DNA of 64,000 bases from Candidatus Hemicellulosilyticus sp. P3 (GCA_001543385.1 LPNH01000005.1:17680-81679); one strand, 5' to 3'; counted from the first letter of the stretch, positions 1 through 10,275 are shown. Notes: generated by a model from the sequence alone, not told the origin. Made by a program: numbers and translations.

Positions 1-1
1 A

Positions 2-322
2 TTTGGGTCAGCAGGAACAAGCTACGAATATGAAAAAGTATCCGAAGTTCTCAATAGATACGAGAAGAATCCATATATGAATATACCCCGAGATTTGAAT
101 CTAAAAATTGAGGGGGTGAAAAATATTCATATTCTTGGACTCTCCTTTTCAAAGATTGATATTCCTTATATCGAATGGATTGTCAGAAACACAAGTGATT
201 GTAACTGGGAAATCAGTTGGTATTCTGAAAACGATATGAATAGAATTAAAGATTTTATAATGGAAAACCCTGTAATAAAAGATAGGGTTAAACTTATTCA
301 GATAAAAGAAAAAAAAGAATAA
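2..322 (+). CDS. AbiH-like abortive-infection family protein, C-terminal fragment (5' end outside window)
   Basis: The frame is open from nt 2 to the TAA at 320-322. The tail IHILGLSFSKIDIPYIEWI...NWEISWY resembles the conserved GhSl..vD.pYf / W.isyy C-terminus of AbiH-family proteins. Confidence 0.5.
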   Translation, partial: FGSAGTSYEYEKVSEVLNRYEKNPYMNIPRDLNLKIEGVKNIHILGLSFSKIDIPYIEWIVRNTSDCNWEISWYSENDMNRIKDFIMENPVIKDRVKLIQIKEKKE

Positions 323-357
323 CAATCAGATTATCATTTAATTTACCCATTCAAAAG

Positions 358-392
358 CCATGCAATTTGAAAAAAAGTTGCATGGTTTTTGA
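358..392 (+). terminator. Rho-independent terminator candidate after the AbiH-like gene
   Basis: Stem ccatgcaa/ttgcatgg (358-365 / 378-385) is followed by a T5 run. Confidence 0.4.
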
Positions 393-496
393 ATTTTTGA
401 CCCCAAGGTTACTATATTAGTTCGAGAGAAGAAAAAGTAGTAAAACAAAATTAATAATTAGAACCTCGTAGTGTATAGGTGAATCACATAATAATT

Positions 497-1513
497 ATGA
501 GTAAAGAAGTAATTAAGAATGGGGAAGGTATCATTCCCGAAGGAACGAAAGTGATTTCAGCAGAGACTTTCGCAGACTGCACTGACCTAACTCGTATTGT
601 CATCCCCGATTCGGTAACTGAGATTGGAGATTTCGCCTTCTCTGGTTGCACCAATCTCGCCAGCATCAAGATTCCCAACTCGGTTAAGAAAATAGGCTTT
701 TCCGCTTTTGCTGGTTGCCACAGCCTCGACTATTTCGATATGCCATATTCAATCGAGACAATTGACGATCGGGCTTTCGCGGATTGCACTAGCCTTACTC
801 GTATTAACCTTCGTTCTATTAAGGAGCTTAGATCTTGGGTTTTCGCAGGCTGCACTGGCCTTACCGACATTGAAATCCCCCCTTCAGTTAAGGTGATCGG
901 CAATGCTTTCACAGGTTGCACCGGAGTTACCCATATCACAATCCAAGGTCCGGTGGACCTCATAGACGATGCAGCCTTTGAAGGGTGCACCTCGCTGTCT
1001 GTAGTCGACTTCTGGGAGGCAGTGGACGAGATAGGTGAAGGAATATTTTCTGAATGCGACAATTTATCCAAAATAGAGGTGCCGGCAGGACTGGCCAACT
1101 ACTATAAGAAACGCCTTGACGGAGAAGTGTGCGATTTGATTGAGGAAAGAGTTGTCATCAGACACATTGGTTTTAAAGATATCGAACTGTTCAAGCAGGT
1201 TGTCAAGGAGGTTGGTTTTTGGGGGGATCCTTTGGAATTCTCATTTGGGTTCTATACAAATGTGATTATTGAAATAGCTGCTAGTTACGGCCATCCCGAT
1301 GTTCCAGACGACGCTTCGCTATGGAGTGTGAAAGTGGCAAAACTCTATGTCCACGACAGGAATACCCACGAAGACGTACTGAAGAGAGTTTGGACCGATG
1401 CTATTAATGAAAGAGATTTAACTATTATGTTTCCAAATCTGATTGATGAGGTGGGGCGCGATATGATACTGTATAATGATGACTTTGAGTTATTCGCAAA
1501 AGCCATAAAATAA
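497..1513 (+). CDS. BspA-type leucine-rich repeat (LRR_5-like) protein, no signal peptide
   Basis: About 23-aa repeats of the form IP.SVt.Ig..AF.gCt.L..i recur (IPDSVTEIGDFAFSGCTNL, IPNSVKKIGFSAFAGCHSL and others). The first ATG in the ORF is at 497; the ORF track starts at GTG 479. Confidence 0.75.
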   Translation: MSKEVIKNGEGIIPEGTKVISAETFADCTDLTRIVIPDSVTEIGDFAFSGCTNLASIKIPNSVKKIGFSAFAGCHSLDYFDMPYSIETIDDRAFADCTSLTRINLRSIKELRSWVFAGCTGLTDIEIPPSVKVIGNAFTGCTGVTHITIQGPVDLIDDAAFEGCTSLSVVDFWEAVDEIGEGIFSECDNLSKIEVPAGLANYYKKRLDGEVCDLIEERVVIRHIGFKDIELFKQVVKEVGFWGDPLEFSFGFYTNVIIEIAASYGHPDVPDDASLWSVKVAKLYVHDRNTHEDVLKRVWTDAINERDLTIMFPNLIDEVGRDMILYNDDFELFAKAIK

Positions 1514-1539
1514 TGAACTCTCGGCTTTAATATAGCAGA

Positions 1540-1576
1540 AGCCCGAAACGGACGTACCGTTTCGGGCTTTATTTAT
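1540..1576 (+). terminator. Rho-independent terminator
   Basis: A 12-bp stem aagcccgaaacgg/ccgtttcgggctt with a 5-nt loop is followed by a T-rich tail (tttatttatt). Confidence 0.65.
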
Positions 1577-1651
1577 TCTATCCACAGCATTTAACAAACA
1601 TTCACTAATTGGACTTCCCCCATTTTATTGGTTCGCAAACGCATATGGGTT

Positions 1652-2464
1652 TTACCAATATGTACTTAGTATTACCTTATCAACTATCTGTCGCTGTTCA
1701 CTTGCTGTCCGGCGGAGATAGATACGGGTGGTTTCTATGCTTTCATGTCCCATCAGGTCGGCCAGCAAAGAAATATCGTTGAAATGGTCGAGGAAATTCT
1801 TGGCATACCTGTGTCGGAACGAGTGAGGATATACAACATCCTTTGTCAGTCCGTATTTGTCGGCATAATATTTGAGTTGTAGGGCTATTCCTCTGGCGGT
1901 AATCCGCTGCCCGAAACGGTTAAGGAACAGGTATCCCGAAGTGATATTACGCTCCTGCAACCACTGTAGAGCCTCGGTTTGTAAGGTTTCAGGTATATAG
2001 ATTCTTCTCACCTTTCCTCCTTTGGTATAGAGGTCAAGATGTCCGAGTTTCACATGCTCGGCTTTGAACTGGAGAAGTTCACTCACACGGGCACCTGTAG
2101 CAGTCATAAACCATACCACGAAATACCAGTCCTTGTGACCATCACGAAGCAAAGAGGATTTCAAGAAATGATAGTCTGCATCACTTATTACATTTTCGAG
2201 AAAATTCTTCTGTTGAACCTTCACGAAACGCAGTTTGAGTTTATCATGTTTTGTAAATTCGAGGTATTTGTTGATGCCCTGTAGTCGTAGGTTTACCGTC
2301 TGTGGCTTGAAGTGTTCCACAAGATAACCTTTGTACGCCAACAAATTTTTCTTGTTGAACTCATCGTAGTTTTTCTCAAAATACTTCACCGTCCATGTGT
2401 AGGATTTTATGCTGCTTGTTGAGAGTTCCTGTCTTTTCAGGAATGATTCAAATTTTGTTACCAT
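1652..2464 (-). CDS. Tyrosine recombinase / phage-type integrase (XerC/D-like)
   Basis: The C-terminal catalytic pattern HSFRHRYAKNFL ... LMGHESIETTRIYLRRT matches the R..H..R..Y tyrosine recombinase signature. Confidence 0.9.
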   Translation of the reverse strand: MVTKFESFLKRQELSTSSIKSYTWTVKYFEKNYDEFNKKNLLAYKGYLVEHFKPQTVNLRLQGINKYLEFTKHDKLKLRFVKVQQKNFLENVISDADYHFLKSSLLRDGHKDWYFVVWFMTATGARVSELLQFKAEHVKLGHLDLYTKGGKVRRIYIPETLQTEALQWLQERNITSGYLFLNRFGQRITARGIALQLKYYADKYGLTKDVVYPHSFRHRYAKNFLDHFNDISLLADLMGHESIETTRIYLRRTASEQRQIVDKVILSTYW

Positions 2465-2482
2465 ATCAATTCTTTTTAATTG

Positions 2483-3013
2483 TTAGGCAACAAGATAATG
2501 TATATTTCCAATTACTGATAATCCCTCATACTGGCATTCGCGCAATCCTCTCTGTTGGAGCATGGGCAAACCTGCATAAGGCTCGGTTATGCCGAGGAGT
2601 TTGACAACTTCTTTTGGCGAAAGTATTTTGTCAACCTTATCATACTCGGATTCTTCATTCCGTATGTCCCGAAAATACGCATCCTTCCCGTTGGAGAGCC
2701 ATACAAAGGGAAGAGGTGTTTGATAGGACTGGCACCATGACGGGAGAAGGCGGGTATAGTTTTCTGCCTGTTCAGCGACCTTGGGTTGATTGACATCTAT
2801 TTCTTCTCGTTTCGCTTCAAGTACCCCAACAGCCTTGCCCATAAGAAAGAGCATATAATCGGCTTCCTTATTGCCTATCATAATACTTTCACGGACAGCC
2901 AACGCCTCGTTTGACACGAAATCACTACGATCAACGACACGCCAGCCAGCAGTCTCCAGCATCTTGTCTATTTTTATTCTTGCTTTTTCTTCAGGTGTCG
3001 GCATAGTATACAA
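2483..3013 (-). pseudogene. Truncated N-terminal fragment of an HsdR/Res-type restriction-helicase (nuclease-like N-domain only)
   Basis: MPTPEEKARIKIDKMLETAGW...EADYMLF...VGVLEAKRE is the typical N-terminal restriction-endonuclease-like domain. The ORF stops right after LRECQYEGL, where the LR.YQ Q-motif that starts the helicase core would be. The stop lies 19 bp from the integrase start. Confidence 0.6.
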
Positions 3014-3060
3014 TGAGTCAGAACCTATAGCGGGGCATAAATCAAGTTTGCAATGCGCGA

Positions 3061-5781
3061 TTAGTGGGCTTCGAGCCAGTTACGGCCTACGTTGAGGGAG
3101 ACTTCGACGGCGAGGTTGGGCAGGGTGAGCGCCTGCACCATCTCTGTTTCGACGATCTGGCGCATGAGAGCCTCTTCGGGTTTGTAGAGGTCGAAGACCA
3201 ATTCGTCGTGGACCTGCAGGGTCATGCGGCTGCGCAGCCCGCGGCCGACGATTTGGCGCTGGATGGCGATCATGGCGCACTTGATCATGTCTGCCGAAGT
3301 GCCCTGCACGGGCATGTTGACGGCGTTGCGCTCGGCGAAGGCGCGGGCACTGGCGTTGCGCGAATTGATGTCGGGCAGGTAGCGACGGCGTCCCAGCAGG
3401 GTCTGGGCGTAGCCATGCTCGCGGGCGAAGGCGATGTTGGCATCGATGTAGTTGCGGACGGCCGGGTAGTGGGCGAAGTATTCGTCGATGAGGGCCGCCG
3501 CCTCTTTGCGCGGGATATCGAGCTGCTCGGACAGACCGAAGGCTGAGATGCCGTAGACGATGCCGAAGTTGACCGATTTGGCGTTACGCCGCTGGGTGGC
3601 GGTCACCTCTTCGACGGGCAGGTGGTAGATGCGTGCCGCTGTGGCGGCGTGAATGTCGAGGTGGTGGTTGAAAGCGTCGACCAGACCCGGGTCGGCGGAG
3701 AGGGCGGCGATGATGCGCAGCTCGATTTGCGAATAGTCGGCAGCGAGCACGAGGTGGTCGGCGTCGCGGGCCACAAAGGCGCGGCGGATTTCGCGTCCCT
3801 GTTCGGTACGGATGGGGATGTTTTGCAGGTTGGGGTTGGAACTGCTGAGGCGGCCCGTTGCGGTGACAGTCTGGTTGTATTCGGTGTGCAGGCGACCCGA
3901 CACGGGGCTGATGAGCTGCGGGAAGGTGTTGACATAGGTGCCTAAGAGTTTGCTCACCGAGCGGTATTCCAGCACCTTGTCGACAATGGGATGGGTGTTG
4001 CGCAATTTGTGCAAAACTTCTTCAGCGGTGGAATACTGTTTGGAGGCTGTCAACGGCGGCTTGTCAACGATGTGCAGGCCGGTGTAGAGCACTTCGCCCA
4101 GCTGCTTGGGAGAGCTGATGTTGAAACTCTTGCCGGCGAGCCGGTATATTTCCTGCTGCAGGGTGTCGCGCTGTTGCGACAGCTGCTGCGAGAAGGTGTT
4201 GAGGGCATCGATGTCAATACGCACACCTTCCTGTTCCATGGCGATGAGAACATCGACAAGAGGCAGTTCAATATTGTTGTAGAGGCTTACAAGACCTGCA
4301 TCACAGAGGCCGGAGCTGAGACGGGGATAGAGCAGCCATAACGCCGCCGCACATTCCGCCACAGTATGGGGTTCGGCGTCGAGCAAGGAGAGCGCAATGG
4401 AGGGTAGCGCGTGTCGTGCCTCGGCATCGGCAAGATAATGGGCCAACTGCACATCGAAGAGGGTGCCGGCCGGGGTGATGCCGAGTTCCGAGAGGTTGTA
4501 ACGCAGGTGTTTCAAGTCGTAACAGACTTTGACAGTGTCCGGAGCCTCGAGCAGTCGACGCAAATGAGCCATGTCGACCTCACCGACCGTGGTGAGCAAC
4601 ACGTGTTCGGCGTCGGTGGCGACAGCCAGGGATGCACCTTCCATATATATGGACACATCGGAAACGGCTCCGTCGGGCAACAAGTCGGACAGGCTGCTGA
4701 CAACGGAGCTGACTCGTATTGTTTCTGCATCCTGACGCGGCGCATCAAAAAGTGTCGGCTGAGTGTCGAGTGGGGTTTGGTTGACGGCTTTGGAGGGCGC
4801 TGTTGCCGCTTTCGGGGCGGAGGCGATGCCGTCGAGCGAGAAAGCGGTGAAGATGCGTTTGGCCAGATTGCGGAACTCCAGTTCGTCGAACAGTTCTTTG
4901 AGAGCCGCATAGTCAGGTGCTTTGATGGCCATCTGCCGCTCGTCGAAAGCGACCGGGGCGTCGAGTACGATGGTGGCTAACTTTTTGGAGAAGAGTGCCT
5001 GGTCGGCATGTTGCTCCACTTTGCGACGCAGTGTGTCATTTTTTATGTCGGCAGTGTGGGCCACCATATTCTCTACGCTGCCAAAACGGGCGATCAGTTT
5101 TTTGGCAGTCTTCTCTCCCACCCCGGGGATGCCGGGGATGTTGTCGGAGCTGTCTCCCCAGAGCCCCAACAGGTCGGCGACCTGGGCGCATCGTTCCACA
5201 CCGAATTTTTCCTGCACTTCGGCCACCCCCATCACGCTGTCGCCCTGACCTCCACGCCCAAGGTGGTAGATGTAGATGCCGTCGGTGACAAGCTGCGCGA
5301 AGTCTTTGTCGGGTGTGACCATGAGAACACGGTCAAAACCCTCGCGGCGGGCTGCATGGGCCACGGTGCCAATCACGTCGTCAGCCTCATAGCCCGGAGC
5401 GGTAAGAATGGGTATGCGGAAAGCATCGATGATGCGACGGATATAGGGCAACGAGTACTGAATCGCCTCCGGCATGGCTTCACGGTTGGCCTTGTAGGAC
5501 TCGTACATCTCGTGGCGGAAGGTGGGCTGAGACACATCGAAGGCCACGCCCATGTGGGTGGGATGCTGCTGGCGGATGAGATCGAACATAGTGGTTGTGA
5601 AACCTAATGTGGCCGACGTGTTGATACCCTTGGAGTTAATACGAGGGTTACGGTTGAGGGCGTAGAATGCACGGTAGACCACAGCCATGCCGTCGATAAG
5701 TAGGAGCTTTTTCAAAACTGTTGCAGGGTGATAAAATGGTTTAGACCGGAATGGAGGTTGCCGTCTCGCGACAATGGTCAA
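3061..5781 (-). CDS. polA: DNA polymerase I
   Basis: A 5'-3' exonuclease N-terminus (KKLLLIDGMAVVYRAFYAL) is followed by Pol A motifs (DYSQIELRI, RRNAKSVNFGIVYG, QVHDELVF). Confidence 0.97.
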   Translation of the reverse strand: MTIVARRQPPFRSKPFYHPATVLKKLLLIDGMAVVYRAFYALNRNPRINSKGINTSATLGFTTTMFDLIRQQHPTHMGVAFDVSQPTFRHEMYESYKANREAMPEAIQYSLPYIRRIIDAFRIPILTAPGYEADDVIGTVAHAARREGFDRVLMVTPDKDFAQLVTDGIYIYHLGRGGQGDSVMGVAEVQEKFGVERCAQVADLLGLWGDSSDNIPGIPGVGEKTAKKLIARFGSVENMVAHTADIKNDTLRRKVEQHADQALFSKKLATIVLDAPVAFDERQMAIKAPDYAALKELFDELEFRNLAKRIFTAFSLDGIASAPKAATAPSKAVNQTPLDTQPTLFDAPRQDAETIRVSSVVSSLSDLLPDGAVSDVSIYMEGASLAVATDAEHVLLTTVGEVDMAHLRRLLEAPDTVKVCYDLKHLRYNLSELGITPAGTLFDVQLAHYLADAEARHALPSIALSLLDAEPHTVAECAAALWLLYPRLSSGLCDAGLVSLYNNIELPLVDVLIAMEQEGVRIDIDALNTFSQQLSQQRDTLQQEIYRLAGKSFNISSPKQLGEVLYTGLHIVDKPPLTASKQYSTAEEVLHKLRNTHPIVDKVLEYRSVSKLLGTYVNTFPQLISPVSGRLHTEYNQTVTATGRLSSSNPNLQNIPIRTEQGREIRRAFVARDADHLVLAADYSQIELRIIAALSADPGLVDAFNHHLDIHAATAARIYHLPVEEVTATQRRNAKSVNFGIVYGISAFGLSEQLDIPRKEAAALIDEYFAHYPAVRNYIDANIAFAREHGYAQTLLGRRRYLPDINSRNASARAFAERNAVNMPVQGTSADMIKCAMIAIQRQIVGRGLRSRMTLQVHDELVFDLYKPEEALMRQIVETEMVQALTLPNLAVEVSLNVGRNWLEAH

Positions 5782-6812
5782 TTCAGCGGATTGCTGGTCA
5801 ACTCGTCATATTCGCGGCGGTTGCGCAGAATGTTGCAAGCCAGATAGACCGCGCTGCGGAAAGACTGCTCGCTGGCTTTGTCGTGGCCGGCGATGTCGTA
5901 AGCCGTGCCGTGGGCAGGCGAAGTGCGCACATAGGGCAACCCGGCTGTAAAGTTGACGCCTTCGGTGAAAGACATCAGTTTAAACGGGATAAGGCCTTGG
6001 TCGTGGTAGAGCGCCAACACTCCGTCGAAGCGGTTGAAGCTGCTGCTACCGAAGAATCCGTCGGACGGGAATGGCCCGTAGGCCAAAACGCCTTTGCCCT
6101 GCACCTCGTCGATGACGGGCTTGACGACTTTCATGTCGAAATCGCCGATGACACCATTGTCCCCGGCGTGGGGGTCAAGGGCCAACACGGCAATTTTCGG
6201 CATCGGGATGCCGAAGTCGCGTTTGAGCGATTCGTTCATGAGCATCATCTTGTCGAAAAGCAGATTATGGGTGATAGCCCCCGGCACATCGCGCAACGCC
6301 AGATGGTTGGTGACAATGCCGATACGAATACGGTCGCACACCATCATCATCAATGAACTGCATCCGAACTGGTGCGACAGGTATTCAGTATGTCCGGGAA
6401 AGTCGAAATCCGATGCTTGAATGTTTTTCTTGTTGATAGGGGCGGTGACCAACACATCGACAGCTTGCTGCTTCAAGTCGTCGCAAGCCTTGTTGAGCGC
6501 TTCACGTGCGAGTGCGCCGGCGATCTCAGTGGACTTGCCCAGTTCTATTTTCACCTCTTCGGCGGTGAGGTTGACGATATTGAATTTCCGTTCGGCTGCC
6601 TCGGAAGCCGAATGTATCACATTGAACGACACATCCTGATGCAAAGAGAGCAGTTTTTTATGGTATGAAGCCACGTTGGACGATCCATAGAGGACGGGTG
6701 TGCAAAATTCAAACATTCGGGCATCGCTGAATGTCTTGAGGATGACTTCGTAGGCGACACCGTTGATGTCGCCGTGGCTGATGGCGACGCGTGTTGTATT
6801 GCGTGATGTCAT
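5778..6812 (-). CDS. pdxA: 4-hydroxythreonine-4-phosphate dehydrogenase
   Basis: PdxA motifs are present: TAPINKK, FPGHTEYL, LDPHAGDNG, YHDQGLIPFK, VRTSPAHGTAYDIAG. Confidence 0.93.
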   Translation of the reverse strand: MTSRNTTRVAISHGDINGVAYEVILKTFSDARMFEFCTPVLYGSSNVASYHKKLLSLHQDVSFNVIHSASEAAERKFNIVNLTAEEVKIELGKSTEIAGALAREALNKACDDLKQQAVDVLVTAPINKKNIQASDFDFPGHTEYLSHQFGCSSLMMMVCDRIRIGIVTNHLALRDVPGAITHNLLFDKMMLMNESLKRDFGIPMPKIAVLALDPHAGDNGVIGDFDMKVVKPVIDEVQGKGVLAYGPFPSDGFFGSSSFNRFDGVLALYHDQGLIPFKLMSFTEGVNFTAGLPYVRTSPAHGTAYDIAGHDKASEQSFRSAVYLACNILRNRREYDELTSNPLN

Positions 6813-6915
6813 GGAATAATTTGGATTTTTGAATGATTAAATATATGATTGAGGACAATGCTTTTATAAAACTGATTGACTTACTGATATGACTGATACA
6901 TGAGACGGTCGACGG

Positions 6916-8289
6916 TTATTTGACGGCAGTGGATTGCAGGTAGTCATAAAGGAGCCGTATGCCATATCCTGAGGCACCGAAACCATAAGGAGACTGAGGC
7001 TTGCCGAAATAGGCGACACCGGCGATGTCGAGGTGGATATAAGGGGTTTGTCCGGCAAAACGGGCAAGGAATTTGCCGGCCGTAATGGTGCCGGCCTGTG
7101 CCGGACCGCAGTTTTTAAGGTCAGCAACGTCAGAGCGAAGCAATTCGTCGTACTCTTTCCAGAACGGCAACTCGGCAATGCGTTGATGGACAGCCTCGCC
7201 CACAGTTTTAAGGGTAGCCATAGGCCCCTCGGCGAACTGTTGCACCGCAGCGATGCCGAATGTGGAGATGGCCCGCACGGCGGCACCTGTCAAGGTGGCG
7301 GCGTCGATGAGCAGCGACGGCTGAAAGCGCTGAACCGCATAGGCGATGGCGTCGGCAAGGATGAGACGTCCCTCGGCGTCGGTGTTGATGATCTCGACGG
7401 TGGTGCCGTCATACATGGTCAATATATCGTCAGCGGCGTAGGCGTTGAAGCCCGGACGATTATCAGTGAGCGGCAGCACGGCTACAAGATGAACCGGCAA
7501 CCTGTTGTCGGCGGCGGCGAAGAGCACCGAAGCCATCGTGGCGGCGCCGGCCATGTCGCTCTTCATCTCCTGCATGTAATCGTCAGGTTTGATATTAAGG
7601 CCTCCGGTGTCGTACATCACTCCCTTGCCCACCAACACGACAGGCTTCGTCCGGTTGTTGCCGGCACCGTCGTATTCGAGCACCACCAAGCGGGGCTCGT
7701 CGACGCTGCCGCGGTTGACGCCCAAAAGGCCGCCCATGCCGAGCTTCTCAATGGCTTTTTTGTCATAGACCTCGCAAGATATTTTCATGTCCGAGGCAAC
7801 AGCCTGGAGTTCGTCGGCAAAACGGGTGGCGTTGAGGTCTGCCACAGGCAGGTTGACCCATTCGCGACACCAGAATATACGGTTCCAAAGATTGCGGTAT
7901 GTTTCCAGTTGCGCCGCGTTCAGCTTGCGCGACCGGATGTCGAGACGGGCGATATGAAACGGCTCTTTTGATTTATAGCGGTCGAAACTGTAATCGGCCA
8001 GTTGTATGCCCTCGACAAAGGCCAAAAGCAGCACGACATCGAGACCGACAGCATCGACCTGCAAGACGGCGTGTTTCTCGGCATGCGCCTGACGGCAAAG
8101 GTCGTAGGCGGCCCGACGCAAAGTCTCGCACAGTTCGCCTTGCGGCAAGGATGCATCGCAGTATACGTCGTAGCTGCGCCGCTCGGCGGAGCCCGACGGC
8201 ACCACACGGTAAGGGTCGTCCACCCCTTTGACGGGATGCAAGGCGATGGAGGCGGCTGTCTCGACAGGTTGATTCAGAGTAATATTCAT
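6916..8289 (-). CDS. pepA: Leucyl aminopeptidase (M17 family)
   Basis: It carries the M17 signature NTDAEGRLILAD and VGKGVMYDTGG. The start is set at the internal ATG (MNITLNQ, 8289) because the upstream part of the ORF overlaps the preceding ABC gene. Confidence 0.92.
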   Translation of the reverse strand: MNITLNQPVETAASIALHPVKGVDDPYRVVPSGSAERRSYDVYCDASLPQGELCETLRRAAYDLCRQAHAEKHAVLQVDAVGLDVVLLLAFVEGIQLADYSFDRYKSKEPFHIARLDIRSRKLNAAQLETYRNLWNRIFWCREWVNLPVADLNATRFADELQAVASDMKISCEVYDKKAIEKLGMGGLLGVNRGSVDEPRLVVLEYDGAGNNRTKPVVLVGKGVMYDTGGLNIKPDDYMQEMKSDMAGAATMASVLFAAADNRLPVHLVAVLPLTDNRPGFNAYAADDILTMYDGTTVEIINTDAEGRLILADAIAYAVQRFQPSLLIDAATLTGAAVRAISTFGIAAVQQFAEGPMATLKTVGEAVHQRIAELPFWKEYDELLRSDVADLKNCGPAQAGTITAGKFLARFAGQTPYIHLDIAGVAYFGKPQSPYGFGASGYGIRLLYDYLQSTAVK

Positions 8290-8291
8290 AG

Positions 8292-9899
8292 CTATATGTG
8301 TTGAATTAGAAAAATGAGTTTCTGTTGCTGCAACGTCGACACGATGGAGTCGAAATGCGCGCGCGCTGTAACATCCATCCATGCGGTGGGTTCATCAAGA
8401 ATGAGTATGGGGGCGTCGCTGTAGTACAGTCGCGCCAGCGCCACACGTTGCCACTGACCCATGCTCAGTTCCTCACCGCCGGTGTAGAGCCGTCCCAGCA
8501 TGGTGTCGTAACCATCGGGGAGCGATTCCAGGATATGCTCCACACCTGCCTGTCGGGCGGCCGAGACAACACGGTCGCGGCTGGGGGGCGCTGTGATGTC
8601 GCCGAAGGCGATATTGTCGGATGCCGTGAAATGGTAACGGACAAAATCTTGAAAGAGCACACCGATGTGGCGACGTAACTCCGTCAGGTCAAAACGGCGG
8701 ATGTCTATGCCGTTGATACAGACGACACCGTCGTCGGGGTCGTAGAATCGCATGAGCAGTTTCATCAACGTGGACTTGCCATAGCCGTTCTCGCCCTCGA
8801 TGTGACAGACGGTGCCGCGACGTGCCGTAAGTGAAAAGCGGGTGAGCACATCACGATCCATATCGGGATAACGAAATGAAACGTTGCGAAATTCAACGCA
8901 GTCAACCTGCTCGGGAAACGGCATGGGATCAGACGGTGACACAAGACGGGGTTCGAGCGCCAGAAACTCGAAGAGATTGCCTGCGAAGAGCCGGTTGTCA
9001 TAGAGACCCGCAACGCTGCGCACCAAAGACTGCAACGAGGACTGGCCGCGACGGAAAGCCTCGAAGAGCATCACAAACGAACCTACGGTGATGGCGCCTA
9101 CATAAGCCCGTTGCACAAAAAGCAAGAGGACGGACAGCAGCGCGGCCGACTCGACAGCGGCGCAGAGTGCATCGTACCATGCCAGACGTCGCGAGATGCG
9201 AAGCAGGCGCACCACCAAGCCGCGACGGATGTCGACATAGAGTCCTCGGATGTAGCCGCTCAGCCCGTATTGGCGCACCTCCTTGGCGAAATCGCGATGG
9301 GTGAGCAGTGCGGAATAATAGGCTGTACGACGGTAGACCTGCGTGTTGCCGCGACGGAAGGTGTAGATGCGACGCGCCTTGGCCAACCGCACAAAGAATG
9401 ACGGCAACACCGCCGCCACCATGAGCAATATCACCCAGCCCGACACGGCGCCGAGCAAGACAACGACACCGGCCAATGTGACAATCGAACCGAAAAGCGC
9501 CATGAAATTGTTCAACACCTCCAACGGACGATATGAAGACTCTTGCTGCGCCCGATGAAAAGTGTCGTGGAAAGCGGGGTTGTCGTAATAGGCCAGATCA
9601 AGCCGTGACGACTGACGCTGTATTCGATCACTGATGTAGTCGACAAGACGCTGTGACAAGATATCATTGTTGACTGAAGCGAGGGTGGACAGCAATCGTC
9701 CGAAGAAGAATATAGCGACATAGCAGACAACGTATAACGCTGTGTTGTGAAAATCGGAGAGGTTGTCCACCAACAGTTTGAGCACGTAGATGCCGGCCAA
9801 TGGCAAGAGGCTCTGAAGTACAACATAGACCACCCGCAGCCAAAAGGCCCTGCGGCTGCACTGATGCACCATGACAAGCATTTTCCAGAGGGTGGACAT
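8292..9899 (-). CDS. ABC exporter, fused permease/ATPase (MsbA-like), apparently lacking the region after the H-loop
   Basis: An N-terminal multi-TM domain is followed by Walker A GENGYGKST, signature LSMGQWQR and Walker B ILILDEPTAWMD. The ORF ends at ...FLIQHI, the H-loop position. Confidence 0.88.
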   Translation of the reverse strand: MSTLWKMLVMVHQCSRRAFWLRVVYVVLQSLLPLAGIYVLKLLVDNLSDFHNTALYVVCYVAIFFFGRLLSTLASVNNDILSQRLVDYISDRIQRQSSRLDLAYYDNPAFHDTFHRAQQESSYRPLEVLNNFMALFGSIVTLAGVVVLLGAVSGWVILLMVAAVLPSFFVRLAKARRIYTFRRGNTQVYRRTAYYSALLTHRDFAKEVRQYGLSGYIRGLYVDIRRGLVVRLLRISRRLAWYDALCAAVESAALLSVLLLFVQRAYVGAITVGSFVMLFEAFRRGQSSLQSLVRSVAGLYDNRLFAGNLFEFLALEPRLVSPSDPMPFPEQVDCVEFRNVSFRYPDMDRDVLTRFSLTARRGTVCHIEGENGYGKSTLMKLLMRFYDPDDGVVCINGIDIRRFDLTELRRHIGVLFQDFVRYHFTASDNIAFGDITAPPSRDRVVSAARQAGVEHILESLPDGYDTMLGRLYTGGEELSMGQWQRVALARLYYSDAPILILDEPTAWMDVTARAHFDSIVSTLQQQKLIFLIQHI

Positions 9900-9943
9900 T
9901 GACGGGGAAATCGTGGTTTGTGAAGGTACGGAAGAAACACCAA

Positions 9944-10234
9944 TTATTGAAAGACGATACGCTGGACCACGTTGCGGCCAAGCAGTTCGTTGATTTTATC
10001 CATCAGGCTCTGCTGCCTCATGGACATTTCATGCCGCAGAGCCGCAGAATGCAAACGGACATAGAGGTTGCCCGATTCAAAACGCAATGACTGGGTGAGC
10101 CGCGCGATGAGCTCACCCACGACCTGTTTGTAGGCGGAGCGAACCTGGTAAACATCGACTATCGACGACATGTCGTTTTGTCGATAGAGCTCGCTAAGGA
10201 GGTCGGAAATGTGATGTTCGTTAGTGGCGGCCAT
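9944..10234 (-). CDS. DUF721-like small protein (typical recF-downstream gene)
   Basis: This 96-aa ORF lies directly downstream of recF, as in many Bacteroidota. Its sequence pattern is consistent with DUF721. Confidence 0.7.
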   Translation of the reverse strand: MAATNEHHISDLLSELYRQNDMSSIVDVYQVRSAYKQVVGELIARLTQSLRFESGNLYVRLHSAALRHEMSMRQQSLMDKINELLGRNVVQRIVFQ

Positions 10235-10275
10235 GTCAAAATATCAATGATTAACGGTTGGAGTTATCGCGCAGT

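Larger units (their letters stand above)
1..3050. mobile_element. AT-rich integrase-bearing accessory segment (one end of an integrative element; the other end lies outside the window)
   Basis: There is an abrupt change from AT-rich to GC-rich sequence at ~3.05 kb. A tyrosine recombinase sits 19 bp from the break point of a truncated HsdR/Res-like gene. The cargo is an AbiH-like fragment and an LRR protein. Confidence 0.5.
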
